DNA of 51,111 nt from Candidatus Hermodarchaeota archaeon (GTDB lineage Archaea; Asgardarchaeota; Hermodarchaeia; Hermodarchaeales; Hermodarchaeaceae). The DNA lies in assembly GCA_016840065.1 (NCBI GenBank), contig JAEOTB010000115.1:1-51111 (forward strand). The letters are read 5' to 3'. Position 1 is the first letter of the stretch. Every line of letters begins with the position of its first letter. The notes below the pieces were generated by a model. That model saw only the letters and a program-made list of their open reading frames with translations. It was not told where the DNA came from and did no database searches. Both the position numbers and the translations under genes were made by a program. Below are positions 19,656 through 27,990 of the stretch, piece by piece.

Positions 19656-20510
19656 CTATTGAACCTCCTGACGGCGCCTAGACTCTACTGCCACAGCAGC
19701 AAAAGAGACTTCATCTGTTTTCCGCTTTGAGGGGCGAAAGGCGATGATGGATTTTCCAAGGAAGGAGGCGGATATTCCTCCATCCCTTATCATCTGACTA
19801 AGAATATCAAGTTCCCAATTCGTTAACAGCTCTGCCAGCTCGTCTATCGAATACCGCTTACCCTCAAGCTGGGCTGTGAGTTTTTCCCGGAGACCTTTCA
19901 GCTCTTCTTGGAGGAGCTGGTCGTAGGCTACCTTATGCCGAGCTAGATCCGCTCGGTCCTCAGGAGTCGACACTACACTGCTTGCCAAGGGGTTATCCCC
20001 GTCAGGCATTGTGAATTCAGGTGCAATGATTTCTCGACTCGGTAAGAATACCAAGGGCGTTGCCCGGCGTTTAACTTCTGTGGCGAAGCGGCTAATCCAG
20101 ACCTCTGGTGTTACATCAATCGCTGCAAGGACCGCGTCTCTCTGTAATTGCATCTTGGCCATATTGAGATAGCAGCGTCCGTCCAGCACATGTTCCCAAG
20201 GTGTTTCGACGAAACGATAGGCTTCAGATACTTCTTCTCGGTCACGCTCTGACTCTCTAATCTCGAAAACCTCTTGGTCCTTTAGAGCCTTCTCATACTT
20301 CTTCGATAGATTCCAAAGAGCCATCACGATACCCTTTACAACTTGCTCTTGTTTATCTGGGCTAAGCGGACCTGTTCTGTTTTGAAGCCTGTAAGATGAT
20401 AAGCTCTCAAGGGGGCAGCTTCTAGAGCAGGGCTCGTCTGCGCCGCATCTTCGGCGACACATCTCCTCCAAACTTTCCTCTGATTTCTTGGAGAGTTTCT
20501 TGTTGCGCAT
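19656..20510 (-). CDS. Putative kleisin (Nse4/ScpA-like)
   Basis: Lies between SMC and KITE, with a TAATG overlap with the SMC stop. N-terminal helices, a linker and a C-terminal winged-helix-like segment (YSIDELAELL...ILSQMIRDGGISAS). Assignment rests mainly on context. Confidence 0.55.
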   Translation of the reverse strand: MRNKKLSKKSEESLEEMCRRRCGADEPCSRSCPLESLSSYRLQNRTGPLSPDKQEQVVKGIVMALWNLSKKYEKALKDQEVFEIRESERDREEVSEAYRFVETPWEHVLDGRCYLNMAKMQLQRDAVLAAIDVTPEVWISRFATEVKRRATPLVFLPSREIIAPEFTMPDGDNPLASSVVSTPEDRADLARHKVAYDQLLQEELKGLREKLTAQLEGKRYSIDELAELLTNWELDILSQMIRDGGISASFLGKSIIAFRPSKRKTDEVSFAAVAVESRRRQEVQ

Positions 20511-23434
20511 TAGCGCTCCACTTCCCCTTTGATAAGCACGATATGGTTCATACTAGCTGGAATTTCTAAACCAACTGTCGAGGGCGCCATGAGAATGAAT
20601 TGTGGGTCTACGGTTAGATTCATTCGACTTAGCTCTAATGCCCGCTGAACAATACTGAGTACAGCAGCACGACTTGCCTCATCGAGACGCTGAGTGAACT
20701 CGTCGATGACATGTAGAGGGCTTTTTGCAAGCGTATGGAGTGCAAGGATGAATGTTTGTGTACCGAGAATCCTCTCTCCACCACTCATGTTTTCATAGGT
20801 TCGCCAAGCATCTTCCTTATTGATAGCTATTTGGATGAACAGCTCAGCACGACTTGGCTCATTCGGGTATCTTACCGTTAGGCGTACCTGTTTTAGGAAA
20901 TGGCTGAGGAGTTTGTTCATTCGCTGGTTTAGACGCTCTAGGGTTTCTTCTAGACGGCGACGCCATTCGATTATTCTTCTTTGGACATCCCCCATCAGAT
21001 TGTCAAGGTGGCGTTTGCGTTCTGCAAGATATTCTTGGAGTTGGCGTACTAATTTTTCCTGCTTTTCATAAGCCTGTCTGTCCTCTGCGGTGGCACGAAT
21101 CGTTTCAATCATCGCTTGAACTTGGATTTGTTCTTCTCGCACTTGGTTAGGAAGCCTTACCATGTCGGGTCTTGGACCTTGGGCTTCAGCTGCCTGTTGC
21201 TGTTCTTTAACTTGATTGCTTAGGTGGTTGTGTTCCTCCTCTCTGTCTCGAAGGTCTCGTGTGAGTCGTTCAATCTCGGATTCGAGTCTGTATCTTCGGT
21301 TATCCAGATTTCTTAGTTGTTCCTCAACTCTGTTGAGACGTGGGATGACCTTTGATAGTGAGTTGTCACACCGGCGATATTCCTCATCTATCCCATCAAG
21401 ACTACTACCCAATTCTGCAATTTGTTGTTCTACATCATCAATGTGCCGCTGCAAATCTGCTACCAAGATATCTCGGTCATCACCGGTTGAGCGGGCTGTT
21501 TCCGGGTGACGAAGCTCTTGAAGACGAATCTTGATCTGACTAATGTCTGAATTAACCTTCATACGATCTAAGCCGAGTACTTGTTCCTGACGCCGTAGCG
21601 CCGCTAACTTGCTTATCACACTACTTGTATCATCACCGAGACGAATTTCACGGAGCTCCCTACCCAGAGAGACTGTCACAGGCGGAGGTGGTCTGGTGAA
21701 CGCACCGATACGCAGGTAGTGACTAGCGCCATCGCTTGTGATGATATTTCCACGTAATCTTTGAGCTGCATCCGCGAGCAGATTAGGGTCTGATGCTTCG
21801 GCAACAGCGGTGTTGATAACGCGGTTTAGAAACATAACCACTCTAGGCTCTCCCTGAATGAGGTCGGCTGCCCAGCCAATGACGGGGGGAGAGATTGTGG
21901 GTCTGCGGCGGGGTTCAGACTCTTCTGAGTGGGCTCTAGCAACAAGTAGGTTTGGTTTCCGGTCTGACCAAAGACGGTCAAAAATCTCCTTAGCGCTACT
22001 AAACGCTTCACGATTGAGAGCAAGGAAAGCGTAAGCATAACGTCCTAGAGCTAGTTTCACGGCGAGTTCATATCTCTCCTGTCCTCTCTTCATCCTTATT
22101 AGAGAGAATAGGGGGCCAAGCACCTTTCGTCCAAGAGCAGCTTCGTCAAGTCCATGGCGAAATTGCTTGCAAGCGCGTAAAATCTCCGCTTCACGGCGTG
22201 AATGCCTCTGGGGCTCAACCGTAAGTTCCTCTTCTGTTGAAGCGATTTGCTGCCTAAGTGAAAGCTGCCTTTTATCCAGTTTGTCTCGCTCAGCGATGAG
22301 TTCTGCTAGTTCGGATCGGAGTGTGTCCTCCTGAAGGGAGGGTGTTTGGGTAATATCTGGTTGAGATGAGCGATAACGGGTTATCCTTGAAATAGCTTCC
22401 TTGAGTTCACTGTCGAGGGCACTTCTCTTGCCGCGCGCTTCCATTTGCTGGTCCCGAAGCACAGTCATGGTGTCTCGCAGTTTCGTCCGCTGAGAGAACA
22501 GGTCACGACGCTTCTCACTGAGTTCTTCCCGACGAGTGTCTAGCTTCTCCATCTTGGACCGCTCAGTTTCCAGACCAGTCTTCGTTTCATTAATGGAGGT
22601 TTCGAGCTGACTGATGAGCTGCTCACGGTGTACGACCTCAGCCCAAGCAGCCTCAACTGTCAATGCTTGAAACCGTTCTTGTAACTTCTGCTTCTGCTCA
22701 TAGGCCTCGAAAGCAGTTTTGAGAATCTGAAGACGTTGTTCCTCTCCACGGATTCGCTGCTGAAGTGGCGTAACATTGGATCGTGCCTGGACCACAAGCA
22801 ACCGCGCCTCTTCTAATTTCTCCATCCAATCATTAAGCCCTGTCTCGTTCAAGAGGGTCTCAAACTTCCTACGAGGTGTCTGGGATGCGAATTGGTCCAG
22901 TGTTTCCGCCTCTGTAACTGCAAGAGGTGAATCACCAAACACTCCCGCTGCCTGGAAGAGTTGACGAATATCCTGTCGACTTATTCGGCGCCCCTTGATT
23001 GTTCGCTGATTATTAACCCAGAGAGAAATCGTGTTGCTGGGGAGGATGCGCAGGCGGATTGATACCGTGTCTTGGTCGAGGAGCTTATTCATCTCCTTCT
23101 CGGGACTTCGCAAGAGACGACGTTCAGCGATGACTGGGTTGTTGAGTTCTAGAATAACCTCAGCGTACTTGTCGAAGGGACCGATGAATTTGATGTTACG
23201 TTGACGCTGAACACGTTTTGATTCTAAACCAATGATTAGTAGCAACGCATCAAGAATCAGGGTTTTACCACTGCCATTAGACCCTGTTATCAGAGTAATT
23301 GGTGAACGGTCTAGATGAACCGTTGTATCTCGATGAATGACAAAATTGACCAGCCTAATACTTCGAAAAACCATGCGAGTGGCGGGTGGGGATTCAGCTG
23401 CCGGAGAGGACGCCACCGCTTCTTTACTGGTCAT
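20510..23434 (-). CDS. SMC-family ATPase, Smc5/6-like
   Basis: IRLVNFVIH, Walker A GSNGSGKT, two long coiled coils, hinge VLGPLFSLI...AVKLALG, signature MSGGER, Walker B SPLHVIDEFTQRLD and QFILMAP (no His, as in Smc5/6). Confidence 0.88.
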   Translation of the reverse strand: MTSKEAVASSPAAESPPATRMVFRSIRLVNFVIHRDTTVHLDRSPITLITGSNGSGKTLILDALLLIIGLESKRVQRQRNIKFIGPFDKYAEVILELNNPVIAERRLLRSPEKEMNKLLDQDTVSIRLRILPSNTISLWVNNQRTIKGRRISRQDIRQLFQAAGVFGDSPLAVTEAETLDQFASQTPRRKFETLLNETGLNDWMEKLEEARLLVVQARSNVTPLQQRIRGEEQRLQILKTAFEAYEQKQKLQERFQALTVEAAWAEVVHREQLISQLETSINETKTGLETERSKMEKLDTRREELSEKRRDLFSQRTKLRDTMTVLRDQQMEARGKRSALDSELKEAISRITRYRSSQPDITQTPSLQEDTLRSELAELIAERDKLDKRQLSLRQQIASTEEELTVEPQRHSRREAEILRACKQFRHGLDEAALGRKVLGPLFSLIRMKRGQERYELAVKLALGRYAYAFLALNREAFSSAKEIFDRLWSDRKPNLLVARAHSEESEPRRRPTISPPVIGWAADLIQGEPRVVMFLNRVINTAVAEASDPNLLADAAQRLRGNIITSDGASHYLRIGAFTRPPPPVTVSLGRELREIRLGDDTSSVISKLAALRRQEQVLGLDRMKVNSDISQIKIRLQELRHPETARSTGDDRDILVADLQRHIDDVEQQIAELGSSLDGIDEEYRRCDNSLSKVIPRLNRVEEQLRNLDNRRYRLESEIERLTRDLRDREEEHNHLSNQVKEQQQAAEAQGPRPDMVRLPNQVREEQIQVQAMIETIRATAEDRQAYEKQEKLVRQLQEYLAERKRHLDNLMGDVQRRIIEWRRRLEETLERLNQRMNKLLSHFLKQVRLTVRYPNEPSRAELFIQIAINKEDAWRTYENMSGGERILGTQTFILALHTLAKSPLHVIDEFTQRLDEASRAAVLSIVQRALELSRMNLTVDPQFILMAPSTVGLEIPASMNHIVLIKGEVER

Positions 23435-23750
23435 TTTGACTTGAAAACCCCTTCTGCCTTTTCAACCCGCTAATAAGTATTTAAGTCGACTTCTTTAACT
23501 TTCTCGTTTTACCTCTGGAACAACAGCTAGCAGGGTTTCCAGCGATTTCCTATTTTTATAAGCCTTTCCGAGGCGTACCTAAACCCAAAAGAACGGTACG
23601 AACCAGAGAACACTGATTGCGAGCGAAAGTGCGCCAACAGATTAGCAAACTGCTGATTAGACACGCTTGTCCAACGGTGTAACAGTTATCTGGACCCGTA
23701 AGATAAACTTAAAGTGGATAAAGCAACGCCAACCTTCTAGGTGATTACAC
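23435..23750. promoter_or_regulatory. Divergent promoter region for the SMC and Ubl operons
   Basis: TTAAATA on the minus strand (23478-23484) abutting the palindrome AAGTCGACTT (23483-23492). AGATAAACTTAAAG (23701-23714) and GGTGA (23740-23744) lie upstream of the Ubl ATG. Confidence 0.45.
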
Positions 23751-24074
23751 ATGACAAGCGATGAAGGCTTTTGGAGATCAATCATAGTTGACGTAGAACC
23801 CCGTCAGAAGGAGTTCCGCATCGGCATAGACGAAGACACCAGCATCGGAGAAGTCATCCGAACCCTAGTCACCCAAGCCCGTGATGAGGGTATTAGTGTG
23901 GATGAGTGGGCAAAGGCGAAAATCGGTGACCAACGAGCAGAGTTTGTGCTCATCCGGAAAGCACCTGAACCCACACGGCTCAGCCCCACCGCCACCTTTG
24001 GTGACTTGGAACCCAAAGTTGTCGATGATGAATTCTTCCTCATGGACGTGATCCCAGAAGTTGGAATTAAATAG
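23751..24074 (+). CDS. Ubiquitin-like (beta-grasp) protein with C-terminal VG-IK
   Basis: Beta-beta-alpha pattern (SIIVDV, EFRIGI, TSIGEVIRTL), FVLIRK, LSPTATFGDL (cf. Ub LEDGRTLSDY) and a terminal strand ending EVG-IK. Directly upstream of the E2. Confidence 0.75.
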   Translation: MTSDEGFWRSIIVDVEPRQKEFRIGIDEDTSIGEVIRTLVTQARDEGISVDEWAKAKIGDQRAEFVLIRKAPEPTRLSPTATFGDLEPKVVDDEFFLMDVIPEVGIK

Positions 24075-24104
24075 GCTCTATCATGATTTGGATACGGGAA
24101 GCAC

Positions 24105-24854
24105 ATGACTCGAGCAGTTTTTTCTACGGAATTATTCAACGCGCGTGTGGAAACACAGATACAAACCTTCTTCGACACTATGGCCAATCTCTACGGGCAG
24201 CGAGGTTGGTCACCTGAACAGCCTAGGCGCCGAGATTTGAAGTGGGAAACCGAAGACTTCACAGTAGAGATTAATGGTCGTTACCGGGATGGTGCCTACA
24301 AGCAGTTTCACTTCACTATGCGGAACCTCCCAGGATACTTCCGTTGCCCTGGATCTCTCACCGACCCGAATGCTATCCGATGGGAACACCGCTTTTCCTT
24401 CGACTTACCCCGTGAGTATCCACAGAATATTGGGTCTATCCGTCCTTCAGCTGAAACCCCCCTTTATCATCCACGGCTATCCGCAGGCGGGAAAGGACTT
24501 GCCTGCTACTCGGTTAGAGGAGAGCTAGACCGCATCCTTGAAGACCTACCCTTCTTTGTATTACTCAAACCTGATCGTGTTGAGCCGCCATCCCGTTTTT
24601 CCTCTGACCATGGGTTGAATACCCAGGCTATGCATTGGTACGAGCGAAACGCCGATGGGATTGTGGCAACCCTCGAACGTCTTTGGAGAGAGCGCCATAA
24701 AGATCCAGACACATCAGAAGGTGAAAGGCGTAGTGGGCGCGTACAAATCATTACCTCTCCACGGGAAGCTCAACCCGGTCGTCGGAGCCCACGTATCCTT
24801 GATGAAAAGGAGCATCAAACTGGGCGAATCAGAATTTTAGATGATGAAGATTAG
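24105..24854 (+). CDS. E2/UBC-fold ubiquitin-conjugating-like enzyme
   Basis: FSFDLPREYP, TPLYHPRL (HPN variant), GLAC with Cys134, and LNTQAMHWY. Disordered C-tail. Confidence 0.8.
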   Translation: MTRAVFSTELFNARVETQIQTFFDTMANLYGQRGWSPEQPRRRDLKWETEDFTVEINGRYRDGAYKQFHFTMRNLPGYFRCPGSLTDPNAIRWEHRFSFDLPREYPQNIGSIRPSAETPLYHPRLSAGGKGLACYSVRGELDRILEDLPFFVLLKPDRVEPPSRFSSDHGLNTQAMHWYERNADGIVATLERLWRERHKDPDTSEGERRSGRVQIITSPREAQPGRRSPRILDEKEHQTGRIRILDDED

Positions 24855-24870
24855 AGGTGCCTCAAGCATC

Positions 24871-25143
24871 ATGCCAAGTCGGTCTCCAAAGGACGAAGAA
24901 GAAGCTGAAGAAACAAGAACTGAACAGCCAGCGTCTGAACAAGATAGTGCTGAAGATACAGAGGAAGAGCAACTCGTCTTAGAGGAGGAAGACACGTCAC
25001 AGGCCCATCGTAGTCGGATTGTCATATTGGGAGAGAGGGACATCCCCTTCGAAGAGGAGCGACCTCCGAACCTCTTGCCAAACTTTCAAGTGAAGGTTCA
25101 TCGAGTGAGCAGACCAGAGAAGCCAAGGGAGGTTGGACTTTGA
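24871..25143 (+). CDS. Small acidic disordered protein
   Basis: Glu-rich ORF filling the gap between E2 and RING, with a TTGA overlap with the next gene. Alternative start at 24841. Confidence 0.6.
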   Translation: MPSRSPKDEEEAEETRTEQPASEQDSAEDTEEEQLVLEEEDTSQAHRSRIVILGERDIPFEEERPPNLLPNFQVKVHRVSRPEKPREVGL

Positions 25144-25535
25144 GTGTCCATGGTGCAGCACAGGTTAAGTGCGCGATTTGCGATGACGCCGTTTCACTAG
25201 AAAATGCACGGTTGGACTGGTGGATTTGCACCAGTTGCGGAAGCTATTTGTGTCCGCGATGCCACACACTGTTTACTAGGAGTGGTGATGAACTCTGCCC
25301 TGGAACTATAGTTCGAGGAGCTGAGCCGCACCAACCCCATCTCACGCGATTCCTTTCGCCTCGACCTAATCCAGAACCGCCAGCACAACATGGTAGCCCC
25401 TCTGTTCGTATCTTGGAAGATGTTCCTCGTCGACCAAGCCCAAAGCCTGGAGGCAGGGTAATCTTTCTTGATGACAGAGAGCCTGGAGAAGAGGAGCGAG
25501 AGACTAAAACACAAGATGATGAAGATGCCGGCTAA
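25140..25535 (+). CDS. RING-variant zinc-finger protein (candidate E3)
   Basis: C11-x2-C14-x15-C30-x2-C33-x4-C38-x2-C41-x11-C53-P-x9-H64, followed by a Pro-rich/acidic tail. Confidence 0.68.
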   Translation: MSVHGAAQVKCAICDDAVSLENARLDWWICTSCGSYLCPRCHTLFTRSGDELCPGTIVRGAEPHQPHLTRFLSPRPNPEPPAQHGSPSVRILEDVPRRPSPKPGGRVIFLDDREPGEEERETKTQDDEDAG

Positions 25536-27120
25536 CTTACCTGTCCAAATGGAGATTTCCGCCCCTTCCCGAGCCAAGGGTTTACCTCTTGTGAAGCCGA
25601 AAGAAAGTGTAAAAATTGTCCTAACGCGCTCCTTTACTGGTCAAACAGGCGAGTATGCTAATGGTGTTATATTCGTTCGCGACCCATTCGGAACCAATAT
25701 CGCTAGGATACCTTTCAAATTCGGTGAATTTACTAAAGGGACTTTTACTGTTCAGATAAAAGAGGAACTTCTTTCAGGAATCTACACGGCTGCAGTAGCT
25801 TTCGAAGGGGAAAAGGACCTCACCAGCGCTAGAGGAGGATCTGGCGAAGCGCTATTTGGCTGCTTCCGAGTAGAAAAAGGCCTCCCACCAATCATCTCGC
25901 ACAAGGTTACCTACAAGGCTAAAATAACGAATGAGGGAGGCAGGCAGGATGACTACGGGAAAGGCACTTCGGGTGGTATCGACCTCTTCGATGTATCGGT
26001 GTTTCTTGCTACACCAATTTCGATTCCTTTTCGCCAAGAAGTTATCAAACTTAGACCTAACCCTTCAACAGGCGCAGAATCCAATGACTTGGTCGGTAAT
26101 AATTGGGTTCGTTATAGTTTGAAACATTTAGCCTTTGGTAAGAGCTTTACATGTGGCTATACTGCTCTAGTCCGGAATCACTCTGTAAGATATGCGCTTC
26201 CTCCAGTGAGTAATGCTGCAATCCCTCATGAGATCAGGGATTACACTAAGCCAGAGAAGCATATCGAGTCTGATCACCGTCGCATAAAGGAGATGGCTAA
26301 CCAATTAGCAAAGACCTATCGAAATCATAGCTCCTTTGTTGCTGCTGCCATGCGAACTGTCTTTAGAACCTTGAAATATAAGCCTCAACGTTCAGAGCTG
26401 GGAGCCGCTTATGCAATAGCGAATAAGATAGGCGATTGCACGGAATATGCCGCGCTTACCGCTGCCCTTTGTCGGGCAAATGGTATTCCAGCAAGACTTC
26501 AAGCGGGTTTCGGATTTGGTGGAGCCACGTGGGAACGCCACGCGTGGGCTGAGGTTTGGCTCCAAGGCTTCTGGGTCCCTGTAGACTCCACTTGGTATGG
26601 TCGTGACGGAACTCTGGGCATAACAAGCCGTCACATCCCTTTGATTGTTGGAAATTGGATGAGCAGCCGTATCCGCCAAGAATTCAACATTCGCTGGAAG
26701 ACCAAAGGAGGGAGAGCTAGTCCGCCAACTTTAGATGCGAAATGGAAGGTTGAGCGACTGAGTTCTACCCGCGCCGCACCTGGACCTCGCCTGAGGCCTT
26801 CACCTATTCGGCTTAGGGTCAAAGCACCAGATGCTGTACCTCGTGGCACTCTTCTGAAACTTGGCATCAAGATCAGCCCGGTCCCAAAGGTTTCCGCAGC
26901 TCTGACTATGATGGCGATATCTGCTACAATTTCCGATAGCGAGATGGACCGCATCGTTGCGCTGAAACCGATTCCAATAAGCATTTCTAAGCCAATGGAT
27001 ACAACCATGGAGTTACAGATGCCCCGTTGCATTCCCAAAGCAAAGCTCTCCCTTAGAGTTTGGCTCGACGGAAAACCCACAGAAGCAACGTGGGAAAAAG
27101 CTATTGGATTAATCCAATAG
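25516..27120 (+). CDS. Transglutaminase-like (Cys-His-Asp) protein with flanking beta-sandwich domains
   Basis: GDCTEYA.L..ALCRANGIPARL, HAWAEVW and WVPVDST. No obvious signal peptide. Confidence 0.9.
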   Translation: MMKMPANLPVQMEISAPSRAKGLPLVKPKESVKIVLTRSFTGQTGEYANGVIFVRDPFGTNIARIPFKFGEFTKGTFTVQIKEELLSGIYTAAVAFEGEKDLTSARGGSGEALFGCFRVEKGLPPIISHKVTYKAKITNEGGRQDDYGKGTSGGIDLFDVSVFLATPISIPFRQEVIKLRPNPSTGAESNDLVGNNWVRYSLKHLAFGKSFTCGYTALVRNHSVRYALPPVSNAAIPHEIRDYTKPEKHIESDHRRIKEMANQLAKTYRNHSSFVAAAMRTVFRTLKYKPQRSELGAAYAIANKIGDCTEYAALTAALCRANGIPARLQAGFGFGGATWERHAWAEVWLQGFWVPVDSTWYGRDGTLGITSRHIPLIVGNWMSSRIRQEFNIRWKTKGGRASPPTLDAKWKVERLSSTRAAPGPRLRPSPIRLRVKAPDAVPRGTLLKLGIKISPVPKVSAALTMMAISATISDSEMDRIVALKPIPISISKPMDTTMELQMPRCIPKAKLSLRVWLDGKPTEATWEKAIGLIQ

Positions 27121-27126
27121 GGAGTA

Positions 27127-27987
27127 TTACTTACGTTTGCTTCGACAAAACGCTTCGCTGCACCGTGGATTCCGCATTATAGGCCCACTAGTAGATTGAT
27201 GGTGGCGAAGATCGTACTTGATGAATCGCCCAAATGCAGGTTCAAGTCCTTCTCGCCAGTGATTGGTCTGCCTCCACTCCTCTAATCCAACAACAACCTT
27301 GGTTGCCTCCCAAGCCATTATCGCGCCAACAACTGAGGTTATGAAGCTTATCATGGGGAACTTGGGTAATGTGTCGACAAAGAAAGGGTCACAACTAGCG
27401 CGCACCTGCTCTGCCACAAGTCTATCAACGAATTCTTTACTCCAAGAACAAACCATACAAGCAGTGTCTGGAGGTGTGAGGACCTCCACAGAAACGAAGT
27501 CTAGACCCATTGCTCCATTGATGACTGGGCGGGGTGGCTGAAGACTGAGGTTCTTGGCATTAAGCAGATACCTGGCGTAGTGGTTATCGACACCCACCAG
27601 AACAAGGTCAACATCCCACACCTTCTCTTTCGCTTCCTGAATGGGTACAGGATAGGGTTCTACAATAGTATCTGTTGCTAGTTCCCCGAGTCGTTCTGCA
27701 ACCGCATCTACCTTAAACTTCACATCATGGTCCCCAGGCCGGAAGAAAACGCACCGGTTTAGGTTTGAAGCAGCTACTTTATCTGGGTCGACGAGTAATA
27801 TTTTCCCGATGCCTAGCAGACCGAGATTCTTGCAGACCTCATTCCCCACGGCGCCAGCCCCGACCATGAGCACAGTTGCATTTTGTATTCTCACCAGGTT
27901 ATCGGTGCCTAGCCAGCGGCGTGTTCTGTCATGACGGTCACGTTCGAAGAATCCTAGGTCTACGCGTGTCGGAGGTTCCTCAGGCAC
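27127..27987 (-). CDS. E1-like (ThiF/UBA) activating enzyme
   Basis: GAGAVGNEVCKNL, SNLNR, GVDN..AR, Zn site CMVC...C..C, and candidate catalytic Cys199 (RASCD). Confidence 0.9.
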   Translation of the reverse strand: MPEEPPTRVDLGFFERDRHDRTRRWLGTDNLVRIQNATVLMVGAGAVGNEVCKNLGLLGIGKILLVDPDKVAASNLNRCVFFRPGDHDVKFKVDAVAERLGELATDTIVEPYPVPIQEAKEKVWDVDLVLVGVDNHYARYLLNAKNLSLQPPRPVINGAMGLDFVSVEVLTPPDTACMVCSWSKEFVDRLVAEQVRASCDPFFVDTLPKFPMISFITSVVGAIMAWEATKVVVGLEEWRQTNHWREGLEPAFGRFIKYDLRHHQSTSGPIMRNPRCSEAFCRSKRK

Positions 27988-27990
27988 GGT

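Noticed and set aside
18533-23434. Wadjet (JetABCD) or MksBEF system
   Set aside because: No TOPRIM JetD gene is present, and the SMC motifs and KITE look Smc5/6- and Nse-like.
20510-23434. Rad50/SbcC
   Set aside because: No central CxxC zinc hook, a globular hinge is present, and no Mre11 is adjacent.
27127-27987. ThiF/MoeB for thiamine or molybdopterin sulfur transfer
   Set aside because: No cofactor-biosynthesis genes nearby; the context is E2, RING, JAB and Ubl.
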